The translations under genes and the position numbers were made by a program. A stretch of 58,823 nucleotides of DNA from a virus (taxonomy: Duplodnaviria; Caudoviricetes): IMG/VR virus record IMGVR_UViG_3300009537_000010, positions 1 through 58,823 of that record, one strand, 5' to 3'. How positions within the stretch are numbered: the first letter of the stretch is position 1; each line of letters starts with the position of its first letter. Below the pieces are notes generated by a model. That model saw nothing but the letters and a program-made list of their open reading frames with translations. It did no database searches and was not told where the DNA came from. This document shows, in pieces, positions 29,277 to 40,266 of this stretch.

Positions 29277-29901
29277 GATAGAAGAACATATTCATGATAG
29301 TTGGAAAGAATTATTTTATGATAAATTTTCCAATGTTAGAATGAAACTTCTGGAGAAGGTGATAGAGTCTGATAAAGAAGAGTCTAATGTTTTTCCAAGT
29401 AAATTTGAAGATATATTTAAGATTTTCAAAGTTCCTATTGACAAAATCTCATGTTGTATTGTCGGACAAGATCCATATGCAAGAGCAGGACAAGCAATAG
29501 GAAGATCGTTTGCAGTTAGTGAAAAGACTCCTGTTCCCTTGAGCTTGAGAGTAATGTTCAAAGAAATAGAAAGAACTTATGGTCATGTCTATACTGATAG
29601 AACTCTTCAACATTGGGAAGATCAAGGAGTTTTTTTACTAAATATGGCATTAACTGTAAGACAAGAAAGGTCAGGATCTCATTTGCCTTATTGGGAATTC
29701 TTCACAGAAGATGTAGTGAGAATATTAAACGACAGAGATATCCCATTTTTATTAATGGGAGCGTTTGCTAAAAAATTACAAGTGAAAACTGCAGTGAAAA
29801 CACTTCACCCTGCAGTAGAAGGATACGGTAAATTAAAGTTTGTAGGAAATGATGCATTTACCGAGTTAAATATATGGTTAAATGACAAAATAATATGGTA
29901 A
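29251..29901 (+). CDS. ung: uracil-DNA glycosylase, family 1
   Basis: VGQDPY, A.G.SF, P.SL, L.HW..QGVFLLN.ALTV, SH...W, HP. Confidence 0.92.
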   Translation: MLMNSVKDKIEEHIHDSWKELFYDKFSNVRMKLLEKVIESDKEESNVFPSKFEDIFKIFKVPIDKISCCIVGQDPYARAGQAIGRSFAVSEKTPVPLSLRVMFKEIERTYGHVYTDRTLQHWEDQGVFLLNMALTVRQERSGSHLPYWEFFTEDVVRILNDRDIPFLLMGAFAKKLQVKTAVKTLHPAVEGYGKLKFVGNDAFTELNIWLNDKIIW

Positions 29902-30416
29902 CAGTATGGAAAGAGGGCAATATAGTACATCAGAGAGAGAGTTTGTATCTTTGCTCTGAACATGTAAGAAAAATACACGGAGACGAAATAGTAATATCTG
30001 GAGAACTTGTATCGACTCCTGCTAAAGAATATGTTAATAACTTAAATAAGCTAGGGCTTCCTGGGGTATTTAGTTTTAAAGATAGGATATTACGTTGGAA
30101 AGGACCAGATCAAGGAAGAAACAGATTGTATTTTATTCTTTGTCTTGCAAGATATCCTTTTAACCGCGCTAAAGTAGTTAGAAAGTTTAATATAGCGTGT
30201 AAATATGTTTCTTGTAAAGAGGCGCTTATGTTAGCGCATTATAATGCACCTTTTGATAGAAATGTTTTTCCGGGTAGATTCAATCGTAGAGTTACGGACT
30301 TTGAATTTAGTAAAATAGATAACAGAAGATTGGGTTTGCAAGATCAATTTACTACGGAATTTGTATATCCACCAACACAAAATCTTGATTTGTGGACTAA
30401 ACTTGAAAATATTTGA
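29895..30416 (+). CDS. hypothetical protein, probable paralog of 28722-29276
   Basis: RLYFILCLARY...VVRKF...C...AL.LA pattern. Confidence 0.6.
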   Translation: MVTVWKEGNIVHQRESLYLCSEHVRKIHGDEIVISGELVSTPAKEYVNNLNKLGLPGVFSFKDRILRWKGPDQGRNRLYFILCLARYPFNRAKVVRKFNIACKYVSCKEALMLAHYNAPFDRNVFPGRFNRRVTDFEFSKIDNRRLGLQDQFTTEFVYPPTQNLDLWTKLENI

Positions 30417-30423
30417 AAAAAAA

Positions 30424-31122
30424 ATGATTATTGGATCTGATTTTGAAGTACCAATCTATGATCATAGAAGGGGTATTTATGTCTCAGCCATTGGCCTTAT
30501 TGGTGGTACTAAAAAAAGACCACTTAGTATAGGAAATGGTTGCTTTAGACAAGAGGACAATGTAAGCGCGGAATTCAATATTCCACCAGTTAATAATGTA
30601 AAAGATTTCAAAAAGTTTATATCCTACTGTCTCGAACAGGGCGAGGCTATAATTCAAAAAATTAATACAGATTATCGCTTTGATATAACAAGTTCAGCAA
30701 GATATCCAATGGGAGAACTTGGTGATATGAAAGCGTGGGAATTTGGATGTGAGCCAGCTATATGTGCATATGATAAGTCTATAGTAATATCTTCTGAAAC
30801 AGAAGATACTCTAAGAACTTTTGGATTTCATATTCATATTAATGCTGATCAAAATCCATATGAGCTTGTAAAGAAGCTTGACTATTTTCTTGGGTTACCA
30901 TCTTTAACAATGGACCCAGATGATGAAAGGAGAAGGCTTTATGGAAAAGCAGGTGAATGTAGAGTTAAAGAGTATGGAGTTGAATATCGAGTACTTGGTT
31001 CCTATATGTTAAATTTCCAAGATTTCGTATGGGAGAAGATAGAAGAGGCAATTAAATCAAAATTAAAAATAAAAGATGCAGTCAGAGAAAAAATTAATAG
31101 CAGTATACGGGTCACTGCGTAA
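30424..31122 (+). CDS. COOH.NH2 ligase type 2 (phiEco32-like, glutamine synthetase fold)
   Basis: IGSDFE, IGGTK..P, QEDNV.AEFNIPP, FGCEP, GFHIH, RRRLYGKAGECR...YGVEYR. Confidence 0.9.
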   Translation: MIIGSDFEVPIYDHRRGIYVSAIGLIGGTKKRPLSIGNGCFRQEDNVSAEFNIPPVNNVKDFKKFISYCLEQGEAIIQKINTDYRFDITSSARYPMGELGDMKAWEFGCEPAICAYDKSIVISSETEDTLRTFGFHIHINADQNPYELVKKLDYFLGLPSLTMDPDDERRRLYGKAGECRVKEYGVEYRVLGSYMLNFQDFVWEKIEEAIKSKLKIKDAVREKINSSIRVTA

Positions 31123-31435
31123 AGGAGAATATAACTACAGCTCAAGAGACTTAAATTATATTAAAACTGTAACTATTCCTGGATTCGATCTATTTTCCCT
31201 GGGAGCATATCCTGGAATTAGACCCGGAGAAGGAAATTTGGTTATAGATATTATGGAATGTGATGTGCAAACTAAGCAGGGTATTGACCGAATGGAAATT
31301 AGAGCAGGGTATAGTGCTGAAAGTATTAATATTGATGGTCTTAATTGTACTATCTATGTATATAAGCATGATGTGAATCCCGATCAACTGGTTGAGTCAG
31401 GAGATTGGACAAAAAGAGAAGTATGTGTGGACTAG
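31076..31435 (+). CDS. gamma-glutamylcyclotransferase (AIG2-like)
   Basis: IAVYGSLRKG.YN, LGAYPG, D.ME..GY, SGDW. Confidence 0.9.
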   Translation: MQSEKKLIAVYGSLRKGEYNYSSRDLNYIKTVTIPGFDLFSLGAYPGIRPGEGNLVIDIMECDVQTKQGIDRMEIRAGYSAESINIDGLNCTIYVYKHDVNPDQLVESGDWTKREVCVD

Positions 31436-32910
31436 CAGGATTTAGTGGCAAACAACCAGCAAATCCTTACAAGATATTACTATTGGGTACATTAAACACC
31501 ACAAGAGGTGTAGATAGTTGTGGAGTATATATGGCTAATACTATCATTAAAGGAATTGATAAAACAGCAAACTTTTGCAATTTAGTTAAATCAAAAGCAT
31601 TACCTTTTGATACAGCAAAGCATAATACTATATTAATTCACACAAGGAAGGCTAGCTATGGTGCTCATAATGTTAAAAATGCTCATCCATTTGCATATCC
31701 ACAAGATCAGGGATTTACATTTGCATTCATGCATAATGGTCATCTTCAGGATTTACATAACCTGGCTAAAAAGTATGGTTATAATAGTTTTGCTTCAGAG
31801 TTTGATGTGGATTCGCAATTACTTGGAGAAGTAATATTTAAAAAAGATCTTAGTATCCTATCTTACTATGAAGGAGATGCTGCTTGTGTATGGACATCAG
31901 TGAATGAACCTAATACTATTTACTTATGGAAAGGTGCTCACAAGTACGAAGATGATAAAGATCTCACGGTGGAAAGACCATTGTACTATGTAATTGAAGA
32001 AGAAGGATTATACTTTTGCTCAGAAGCAGGAGCTTTAGAATGTATTACAGACTTTTCTGAAAACATAAAGGAAGTTCCCAACAATACTGTTTTAAAGATT
32101 GCAGAAGGAGAAATAGTGGAGAAAAAGAGAATGAAAAGATACTACCACGAAAAAAAGTTAGTAACCTCTTCAGTGGCTGTAACTACTGCTACCACTACCC
32201 CTGCATCTGCGACGACTTCTTTGATGAAGAAACGTTTTACAGAAGCAATGACATCCTCAGGAGGAAACAGAATCTTCTGGTTTGATGGTAGATATTTCTA
32301 TGGTAAATCTACAGCTCATGGGGTTATAAAAGTGTCCATAAATGGTAGAATAACAGAAGGAGGAGAAACCTTATATTTCTATCACGGAATACTTGCAAAA
32401 GACGAAGAGGCTTTTGATGAGATGTGTAAAGATATGTTTATAACTGAAAATGCCATTGAAGAAGGAAAGTGTAGTCACATGCTTACTAATCTTGTACATC
32501 CTGGTTCTCTAATACGAGGACAACATGGTTGGTACAAGAAAGGTGGTGAGTATCATGCATCAACTGGAGAATGTCATCCTATTTTCTCTTTCTATAGAAT
32601 GATATTATCTGGAGGTCAAGTTTCTCAATTATTCTCGGTTCAGACACATCAGTATAGAAAGAACAATGAAAATTATATAAAATCAGAAGAAATGCAACAA
32701 ACAGGCCCAATAGAAGATGAATATACCACTGGTTTAGCTGAAGATGTATTAAGTAGAGCAGCGAAGGAACTAATAGCTAAAATAGATGAAACTACCTCTG
32801 TTCTCGAAGATTTTGTAGACAGTGTAGACCCATCAATACTAGAAAAACTTATGCTCTTTGAGGATATGCGTAAAAAATTAATTGAATTGCAATGGCAGAC
32901 ACAGTTGTAA
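31423..32910 (+). CDS. class II (Ntn) glutamine amidotransferase with C-terminal extension
   Basis: MCGLAG start, RGVDSCG, HTRKAS, NAHPF, HNG, VDSQ, ERPL. Confidence 0.9.
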   Translation: MCGLAGFSGKQPANPYKILLLGTLNTTRGVDSCGVYMANTIIKGIDKTANFCNLVKSKALPFDTAKHNTILIHTRKASYGAHNVKNAHPFAYPQDQGFTFAFMHNGHLQDLHNLAKKYGYNSFASEFDVDSQLLGEVIFKKDLSILSYYEGDAACVWTSVNEPNTIYLWKGAHKYEDDKDLTVERPLYYVIEEEGLYFCSEAGALECITDFSENIKEVPNNTVLKIAEGEIVEKKRMKRYYHEKKLVTSSVAVTTATTTPASATTSLMKKRFTEAMTSSGGNRIFWFDGRYFYGKSTAHGVIKVSINGRITEGGETLYFYHGILAKDEEAFDEMCKDMFITENAIEEGKCSHMLTNLVHPGSLIRGQHGWYKKGGEYHASTGECHPIFSFYRMILSGGQVSQLFSVQTHQYRKNNENYIKSEEMQQTGPIEDEYTTGLAEDVLSRAAKELIAKIDETTSVLEDFVDSVDPSILEKLMLFEDMRKKLIELQWQTQL

Positions 32911-34364
32911 CTATTTCCGGTAAAAAAGTAAGCAAGTCAAGATGTAGAAAGATTGGTGACGACTACTATAAAATAGGAGATAATCAAATCAAAGACTCAG
33001 GCGACTGTTATCTTATTGACGGAAAGTATGTAAGAATAAACTCAGGTTACATAGAGTTTGATCATATGACAAACGAATATGTAAGAAAAACTAAGGTAAA
33101 CTTATTAAAAGGAGTAGTGGATATCAAGAATGGAGTTCTTATAGAGGGATATTTTAGCGATAATCCTAGTGAAGTTTTTTTGATACACTACTCTGCTTCA
33201 GGTACAGTCCCTTGTATGAATGAGGATGTTATTAAAAAGTTACGTCTTACCTTTTTTAGTACAGGCGGTCTGTATACGCAAGGTGCAAGATCTGAACATG
33301 GTAAAATGTCATATTCAAAATTCAACACAGGGTTGTACTCCGTAGATGAAAATTCTCTGTCCTTTGTTGATAAGTGGAGATATAAGTTTAAAGAAACTCC
33401 TTTTTCCAAGCTTATACCTTACAATGTAGGTATTGAGTATGAAACAGATTCAGGAAATGTTCCAGAGCATTTATGTGTAAGAAATGGATTGATTCCTATT
33501 AGAGATGGCAGTATAGGTGGTTATGAGTATGCTACAGTGGTGATAGAACCTGAAGAGTTGAGTATGATCGAAGCTCAGTGTGAAGTTTTAAGTTCTCACT
33601 GTCATGTTAAAGCTTATTGTAGTGTTCATAATCATATGGGAAGGTATCCAAAGAATGAATTGAAGGTGCTGGCCTTGTATGAACTATGTAGAAGGATTCA
33701 GGAGGAAGTTTTTAGCTTTTTACCACCATTTAAGAAGGATGTGAGATATTTCGTATCTAAAAAAGAAGCAAAAGACCATTGTCAAATGCTTCCCAATTTA
33801 GCTATACAAGTATTTCAAAACAATGAAATATCTTCAGAAGCTGTATCAATGTATTTCAAAAGATTATTGTTGTTTTTAAATGAAGGAAATACTCCTGAAA
33901 AGATTAACGACATTTATGTTCATGCCAGAAGTGGAAATAACAAATGGGACTACAAAAGAAGATACTATTGGGTAAATTTCATTCCTCTTCTATTTGAAAG
34001 GAAAGCAACTGTAGAATTTAGAGCACATCATGGTACTCTCAATAAACATAAAGTGTTAAAATGGTTAGAGATTACCAATGCAATCATGAGATTTGCAGAT
34101 GCTTATCCTGAATTGATCTTGAAAAGAGAAGAAAAAATAACATTAATGGATGTTATTCAGGGTTATCGTAATAATTTTGGAGCAGGTAACGTAGACGGAT
34201 CTAGTCTTGCTGATAGTATATGCAGATATATTAAGTCAAGGCAAGAAGATTTCTTCGAGTATCTGATGCAAGATAATGTATTCTGTGATGCAGAATTCGC
34301 CAAAGATAGTCAATTTACGTGGGAAACAATAGAAGAAAAGGTCACGACTTTGAACGCAGTATAG
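32892..34364 (+). CDS. putative amidoligase (COOH.NH2 ligase family)
   Basis: GIEYET, RDGSI..YEY, CSVHNH, RYYWVN, TVEFRAH.GT. Confidence 0.82.
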   Translation: MADTVVTISGKKVSKSRCRKIGDDYYKIGDNQIKDSGDCYLIDGKYVRINSGYIEFDHMTNEYVRKTKVNLLKGVVDIKNGVLIEGYFSDNPSEVFLIHYSASGTVPCMNEDVIKKLRLTFFSTGGLYTQGARSEHGKMSYSKFNTGLYSVDENSLSFVDKWRYKFKETPFSKLIPYNVGIEYETDSGNVPEHLCVRNGLIPIRDGSIGGYEYATVVIEPEELSMIEAQCEVLSSHCHVKAYCSVHNHMGRYPKNELKVLALYELCRRIQEEVFSFLPPFKKDVRYFVSKKEAKDHCQMLPNLAIQVFQNNEISSEAVSMYFKRLLLFLNEGNTPEKINDIYVHARSGNNKWDYKRRYYWVNFIPLLFERKATVEFRAHHGTLNKHKVLKWLEITNAIMRFADAYPELILKREEKITLMDVIQGYRNNFGAGNVDGSSLADSICRYIKSRQEDFFEYLMQDNVFCDAEFAKDSQFTWETIEEKVTTLNAV

Positions 34365-34702
34365 CTAAAATGTGGAGAGAACTTGGATTTGAGAGAGCAG
34401 CTACATCCAGAGCAGTTAATAGAATTCTAGATGATTGTAAGATAGACATTGCAATTAATGGCACTTCTTTTGATATGCCAGTACTGCAACAATGTAAATC
34501 AGGTTATGTCAAAAACAGAATAAAGCCAGACGAGGAAATGTTAAAAATAAGGACGGCTTTATCTGAAAACTTTGATGAGAATCATAGCATTCATAATACG
34601 CCAATAGCTGTTATCCATAAGCTTCCTAGAAGTGTGACATTGGTGACAATTGATTTAAACTTTTATAAAGAATTATTAAAAGCATGGATTATGAAGAAGT
34701 AG
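34319..34702 (+). CDS. Holliday junction resolvase-like PD-(D/E)xK nuclease
   Basis: NRRKGHDFERSIA..WRELGF...LDDCKIDI...QCK. Confidence 0.75.
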   Translation: MGNNRRKGHDFERSIAKMWRELGFERAATSRAVNRILDDCKIDIAINGTSFDMPVLQQCKSGYVKNRIKPDEEMLKIRTALSENFDENHSIHNTPIAVIHKLPRSVTLVTIDLNFYKELLKAWIMKK

Positions 34703-35580
34703 AAGCTCTAAATCAGAGCACAGTAAAATTAATTCTGAGTAATCAGCTGACTAAAGCAAAGAAAGCAAGAGATACAGAAGGCTTTATGCTTGGTAACATG
34801 GTTGATAGCTTAGTAACAGGTAGCGAGTATAATTACATAGTTTGTGAAGAGAAGATTCCAGACTCTTTAGACTCTATATTCCACACTCTTTTGGAAAATA
34901 GAATTGCTGATGATATTGAGAAAAATAAGGAGCTTATTCTACAATTAGCTAATCAGTTTGAATATTGCATGAAGATGGGAGAGGAGGTTAGAATTGATAG
35001 GATAATAAAAGCATGTAAACCTCTTTGGGATAAATCTATTGAAGCAAATGGCAAGTTACTTATCCCACAAGACTTACATACATCAGCTGTTCTGATGAGT
35101 GAAATGTTAAAGAATCATCCTTTTACAAAGGATATCATTAATAATCCAGACAATGAGTTTCAAAAAGAATTATACTTTGAGTATAATGATACCCCTTGTA
35201 AAGGAAGATTAGATATCCTTGCACCTGATATAATTTACGATGTCAAGGTGATCACAAAAGGTAGCGTTCATAATTTCATGAAATCTTATAACAGATTCAG
35301 ATATTCGATTCAATCAGCTTTTTATACTATAGGGGCAGAGACTCTCTATAATTGTGAGTTTGAATTTAAGTTTATCGCCGTTTCGCCATTCAGTAACTAT
35401 CCGCTTATATTTAATGTAAGTAGTGATATTATTGAAAAAGAAATACCGAAAATAGAAGAAGCAATTGTAAAATACAATTGGCATCAAGAAAACGGGTGGG
35501 AAACTCCTATGGACGTTGTTTTGTCCAATGGAAATGTAGAGATTGGAATTGATGACATATCATACAAATTCGACGATTGA
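34684..35580 (+). CDS. RecE/DUF3799-like PD-(D/E)xK exonuclease
   Basis: CKGRLDIL..IIYDVK, Y.IQSAFY, FKFIAVS. Confidence 0.8.
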   Translation: MDYEEVEALNQSTVKLILSNQLTKAKKARDTEGFMLGNMVDSLVTGSEYNYIVCEEKIPDSLDSIFHTLLENRIADDIEKNKELILQLANQFEYCMKMGEEVRIDRIIKACKPLWDKSIEANGKLLIPQDLHTSAVLMSEMLKNHPFTKDIINNPDNEFQKELYFEYNDTPCKGRLDILAPDIIYDVKVITKGSVHNFMKSYNRFRYSIQSAFYTIGAETLYNCEFEFKFIAVSPFSNYPLIFNVSSDIIEKEIPKIEEAIVKYNWHQENGWETPMDVVLSNGNVEIGIDDISYKFDD

Positions 35581-36169
35581 TTTAACTAAAGGTATTTTAT
35601 ACGAAAATAGAACTTTAAAGTATCTAACTCCATCATTAAAGGATTGGGGTACTGATCTTACATACAGGGTAAATAGAATACCAGCATTAGCTTGGTGTAT
35701 TGGAGATGCCAACATGTCTGATACTTTTACTGATGACACATTATATATGCTTACAGAAGTAGACTCTGATCTCAGTATATCATTTCATAACTTCTTAGAA
35801 TGGTTTCAAGATAACGAATTTTATTCTACAGATTATGAGTATGATGAGATAGATGGAAACAAGCATATGCTGGTATTTAAAATTCCTGAAAATCATGAAG
35901 GAATTGTTTCAAGGTTTATAAAGGGAAAGTATAGTAGTTTATATTCTGATGAATCTCTCAAAAGATTATTTTCTAGAATAGTTAAAAGAGATGGAAAAGA
36001 GTATTATAATGAAAGACTTCAAATATTAGAGAAAGATCCCAAGTATAGAGAAAGATTTAAAAAACAACTAGTAAAAGATTTTAACTATTTTGGAGAAATA
36101 GATTCGACCAGTGAATTTGATTATCCACCTATTCTCTCTGAAGAAATATTTAACTATGAAAGCTTATGA
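35543..36169 (+). CDS. conserved-looking phage hypothetical protein
   Basis: 208-aa ORF, HMLVFKIP...FIKGKYS.LY. Confidence 0.6.
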   Translation: MELMTYHTNSTIDLTKGILYENRTLKYLTPSLKDWGTDLTYRVNRIPALAWCIGDANMSDTFTDDTLYMLTEVDSDLSISFHNFLEWFQDNEFYSTDYEYDEIDGNKHMLVFKIPENHEGIVSRFIKGKYSSLYSDESLKRLFSRIVKRDGKEYYNERLQILEKDPKYRERFKKQLVKDFNYFGEIDSTSEFDYPPILSEEIFNYESL

Positions 36170-36815
36170 CATTGATGGTGTAATAGCAAATTTTGTAGAA
36201 AGGTTTTATGAGTATTTTGACAAACCTTATTTAGAGTATCCTGATTGGGATGATCCTTTTATTGCAGCCAATCAGGGAATACTAGAGGATGACGATCGCT
36301 TTTGGCGAAATCTACCTCTATATAATGAAATGATTCCAAAAAACGGTCTTTATGTTACAAATAGACCTAAAGCTACAACAATTCCCACATTACATTGGTT
36401 TATAAATCATGACATATCTTTTAGTGCAGTAGTGATCACTAAAGATAAAGTTGCTGTATGTAAAAAATATGAAGTAACTGAGTTTATTGATGATAATCCT
36501 AAGAATGTAAAAGCTTTACTTGAGGCTGGAATTGATGCAGTTTTACTCGATAGAGTGTGGAATCGAAATGTCGATCTCCCAAGAGTTAATTCGCTTAAGG
36601 AATTTATAGATGGCAGCGACGCGGTACAACGATGGAAAGTTAGAATGGAGTCAAATAAACTGGAAGGCTCTGGAACCGATGGTGAAAGTTCTGATGTTTG
36701 GAGCGAAAAAGTACGGACGGTCAAATTGGAAACAAGGATTAAGTACCACACAAATCCTAGACAGTCTACTCCGTCATTTGATAGAGTACTCAGAGGGAAA
36801 AAACCTAGACGATGA
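36156..36815 (+). CDS. HAD-superfamily 5'(3')-nucleotidase-like phosphatase
   Basis: DIDGVIANF, VTNR, FIDDNPKN, WN; start at ATG 36156; C-terminal ~68 aa overlap the next gene. Confidence 0.8.
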   Translation: MKAYDIDGVIANFVERFYEYFDKPYLEYPDWDDPFIAANQGILEDDDRFWRNLPLYNEMIPKNGLYVTNRPKATTIPTLHWFINHDISFSAVVITKDKVAVCKKYEVTEFIDDNPKNVKALLEAGIDAVLLDRVWNRNVDLPRVNSLKEFIDGSDAVQRWKVRMESNKLEGSGTDGESSDVWSEKVRTVKLETRIKYHTNPRQSTPSFDRVLRGKKPRR

Positions 36816-36906
36816 ATCAAAGCTTCGTATAGTAGGACATATATTATGTAATGCAATGTTCCTATCTTATTTTGAAGATACTGAATGGGATGACAGAAAC
36901 AAGTAA
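36610..36906 (+). CDS. dATP/dGTP diphosphohydrolase domain protein (DUF5664-like)
   Basis: RYNDGK..W, VLMFGAKKYGRSNWKQG, DSLLRH, D.ES.L...H..CNAMFL. Confidence 0.82.
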   Translation: MAATRYNDGKLEWSQINWKALEPMVKVLMFGAKKYGRSNWKQGLSTTQILDSLLRHLIEYSEGKNLDDESKLRIVGHILCNAMFLSYFEDTEWDDRNK

Positions 36907-36912
36907 GCTATT

Positions 36913-38496
36913 ATGATTAAGAAAACTTTTTATAGGACGTTAAGAACTCACGATCCTTATGAGCCACCTGAGACAGTAAGTGTATATGAAACTTTAGATT
37001 TAATTCCTGAAAATTCAGAGGTAGTTCAATTTCTAAGAGAAGCAAATGACTACGATAAAATTAAACATGGAAGTAAAACTGTGTATATTTATCAGAATAT
37101 TCATACTGGAGAAGAAGTTCCGGCAGATTGGACAGGACCTGATTGTTTGTATGTTGAACCTATAGAGGTTATTTGTAAATCATAATATATTAAGTTATGA
37201 AAAATCCATATTCTCAAGTTCAAATTGATGCTGTAAATGAAATTTTAGACAAAGTTCGTAGTCGTAAGAAACAAGGCATTAGTGGATTAGAAATGTGTAT
37301 TATAATTATCAATCTGTTACATGTCACAAAAAAGGATAAAACACCTATATCAGCAAAAGAATTATGGAACAGTTCTTCTACTGGTGAATTGTGGCATATT
37401 TATGCATATTTTGCAGAGTGTATGAAACTTTTACAAACAAAAAAATATAGAGAATATGGGTTTGTAAATCATATTATATAACTATTTAACAATTACTAAA
37501 ATGAAAAAGATTAGAATTAAAGTCTGTGAAGATTGTCCTCACTATTATACAGAAGGAATGGAGAGACTAATGACTTGTGGACACAAAGATGCTCCAGATT
37601 GGAGACAGTATGAAAATTTAGTCGATAGAAGCTCTGCTCCACCAGAATGGTGTCCTATACGTAAGGCAGGAAATTCTGTTGTAGAAACTAGAGTTAGAAA
37701 ATTAGTAATCGTTTAAACCTAGAGTAGAGATAAATTAGTTAATTTAAAATAGATAACATGTATTATCAAGATCCATCAGATGACCCTGCAAATTATAATC
37801 AATTTCAACAGCAAAATAGTTGTTCTGATTTTGAAAAGAGACTTAAAAAGTTAGAGAAATTAATTATCAAGCCCGTAACTGCCACCAATATGAAGCCTAT
37901 TATAGTAGACGTTAAATATGGAGACGGAATTAATCTTAAAAGAATTGCTAATCTTCCATATTTTATATTATCAGATGGTAGCATTAAAGCTATCAGAGGT
38001 ATGGAGTTTGCATCTGTCGTAAAACTCGGAGATGACTTCATAGTTTGTACAGATGATAAAATCCAAGTCTTTGATAAATTTGCAAACTGTATAAAAGTTA
38101 AGAGGTTATTATGAATAGGTTGACAGTATGATCTAAGTGGTAGTTGGGAAGGTCCTGTTACCTGTAATTGTTGTGGAGCTGAACATTAAAATAAATTTTA
38201 TCATGTCAATTACTAGAGTTATAGCTCGAAGAGTACAAGTAGTCCAAGAAAAAGTATTAGTAGGTACATTTAAAAGAAATGGTACTTACACTGCAGAAGG
38301 CCAAAGAGTACGACGTTATCGACCTAATGATTATACCTCTCACGAAAAAGGTGATAGATGTGTAATACCATTTGTCGATAAAATACCTGAATTCGTTACA
38401 ATGGGTCAGTTTCGAGAAGGTAATATCCATAAAGTACCTTCTAAAGACTTAAATTGGGTGTCAAAGTGGCAGGATAAATCAGAAGGCTTTAGCTAG
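36913..38496 (+). other. run of small hypothetical ORFs (36913-37185, 37197-37481, 37501-37716, 37758-38114, 38203-38496)
   Basis: ORF track; 37501 is Cys-rich (CEDCP...C...PEWCP). Confidence 0.55.
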
Positions 38497-38607
38497 GAAG
38501 GATGCTTTTACAATAGACTACTTAATAGAACCTAGGGAATTTATAGGATTTGAACATGATGAAGATGAGTGGATTTCGGAAGTGAGTATTTTAAATAAGT
38601 ATGAAGA

Positions 38608-40112
38608 GTGAATGAACTAGAATATTTTAATAATGAATTACCTGCCTCAGTCTGGAGAGACAAGTATACAGATGAAGGTGAACAGAATCCAGACGATATG
38701 CATAGACGGTTAGCTAGGGAACTAGCTGGGCCTCTTTCAGAAGAAGAGGTTTATAATTTGTTGAAGGACTTCAAATTCATAATTCCTCAAGGCTCTGTAA
38801 TGGCTACACTTGGGACAGAAAAGATAGCAAGTTTATCTAACTGTCTTGTAGTTGGTCAGCCAGAAGATTCCTACGGTGGAATTATGAGGAAAGATGAACA
38901 GCTGGTTCAAGCAATGAAACGAAGAATGGGTGTCGGTATAGATATTTCTTCACTTCGTCCAGCTGGTTCAGATGTTAACAATGCAGCTCAAACTTCAACA
39001 GGTGCTGTAAGTTTTATGCATAGATATTCAAATACAACAAGGGAAGTCGCGCAGGATGGTCGTAGAGGTGCATTAATGATATCTATGGATATCAGGCATC
39101 CCGATGTATTTGAATTTGTTAAGATGAAACAAGATCTTGCCAAAGTAACTGGTGCTAATGTGTCAGTAATGGTAAGAGATGATTTTATGAAAGCTGTTGA
39201 AGAAGATAAAGACTACTATCTTAGATGGCCTTGTGATTATGATATTGATAAATACATTAAAGATCTTCCTAAAGAATATTTAAGTGAAGAACATCTTCCA
39301 TATAACAAAATACAAACTTTATTGGAAGAATCAAATAATGTGTATTTTACTAGGATCAAAGCAAAAGAGCTTTGGGATCTTATAATTGAGTGCGCGTGGA
39401 ATAGTGCAGAACCTGGTGTTCTATTTTTAGATAGACATTGGAATTATTCTCCAGATTCAGTTTATTCGCAATATAAAGGAGTTACTACAAATCCTTGCGG
39501 AGAGATATTCATGCAAATGTATGATGCTTGCCGTCTGATTTGTGTAAACCTGTTTTCCTTTGTGAAGAATCCATTCAAGGATGATGCCTTTTTTGACTTC
39601 GAGTTATTTTACGACATATGTTACAAGCAACAATTATTAGCTGATCGTATTGTCGATTTGGAGCTTGAATACATAAAAAGGATAATTGAGAAGGTTGAGC
39701 AAAGTGGTGGAGAAAACCATGTTGAACTGGATCTTTGGAAGAATATACTTAAGGTGGCCGCTTCAGGGCGGAGGACAGGCTCAGGCCTTACTGCTTTAGG
39801 TGACTGCTTTGCTGCTCTTGGACTTGGATACGATAATGATGAGGCCAAAGCTCGACTGCGGCAAATCATGAAGACCAAGTTCGGAGCAGAATTGCAGTGT
39901 TCTGTTGATCTAGCTATAAAACATGGACATTTTGAAGGTTGGAATCCTGACTTAGAGTTTGATATAATAGGCAAAAAGAATGGATTTAGTGTAGTTGGAA
40001 AGAATCCCTTTTATCAAATGATTGCAGAAGAATTTCCAGAACTAGCTTTCAAGATGTGTGTTTTTGGTAGAAGAAATGTTTCTTTTTCGACTGTTGCTCC
40101 TACAGGTTCCGT
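38608..40112 (+). CDS. nrdJ: class II (B12-dependent) ribonucleotide reductase, exon 1
   Basis: SLSNC, QDGRRGALM, AEPG, TNPCGE, RRTG.G, VAPTGSV; no small-subunit gene in the window. Confidence 0.88.
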
Positions 40113-40213
40113 AAAATACTTGCGGCTTTGAGAAGTGATTCTCATTGAAAAATTGGATGAATTGCTGGAAAGCTAAAATTAACAATTAATTAACGATAAT
40201 TTAACATAAAATA

Positions 40214-40245
40214 TTTGGATCTTGTCCAATTATTTCGTATACTTA
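40214..40245 (+). promoter_or_regulatory. possible intron-internal promoter for the endonuclease
   Basis: TTTG at 40214 and tttcgTATACTTA, similar to the tttcgTATATTTG promoters at 4461/4751. Confidence 0.4.
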
Positions 40246-40266
40246 TGGGATTAAAACCATAATTTT

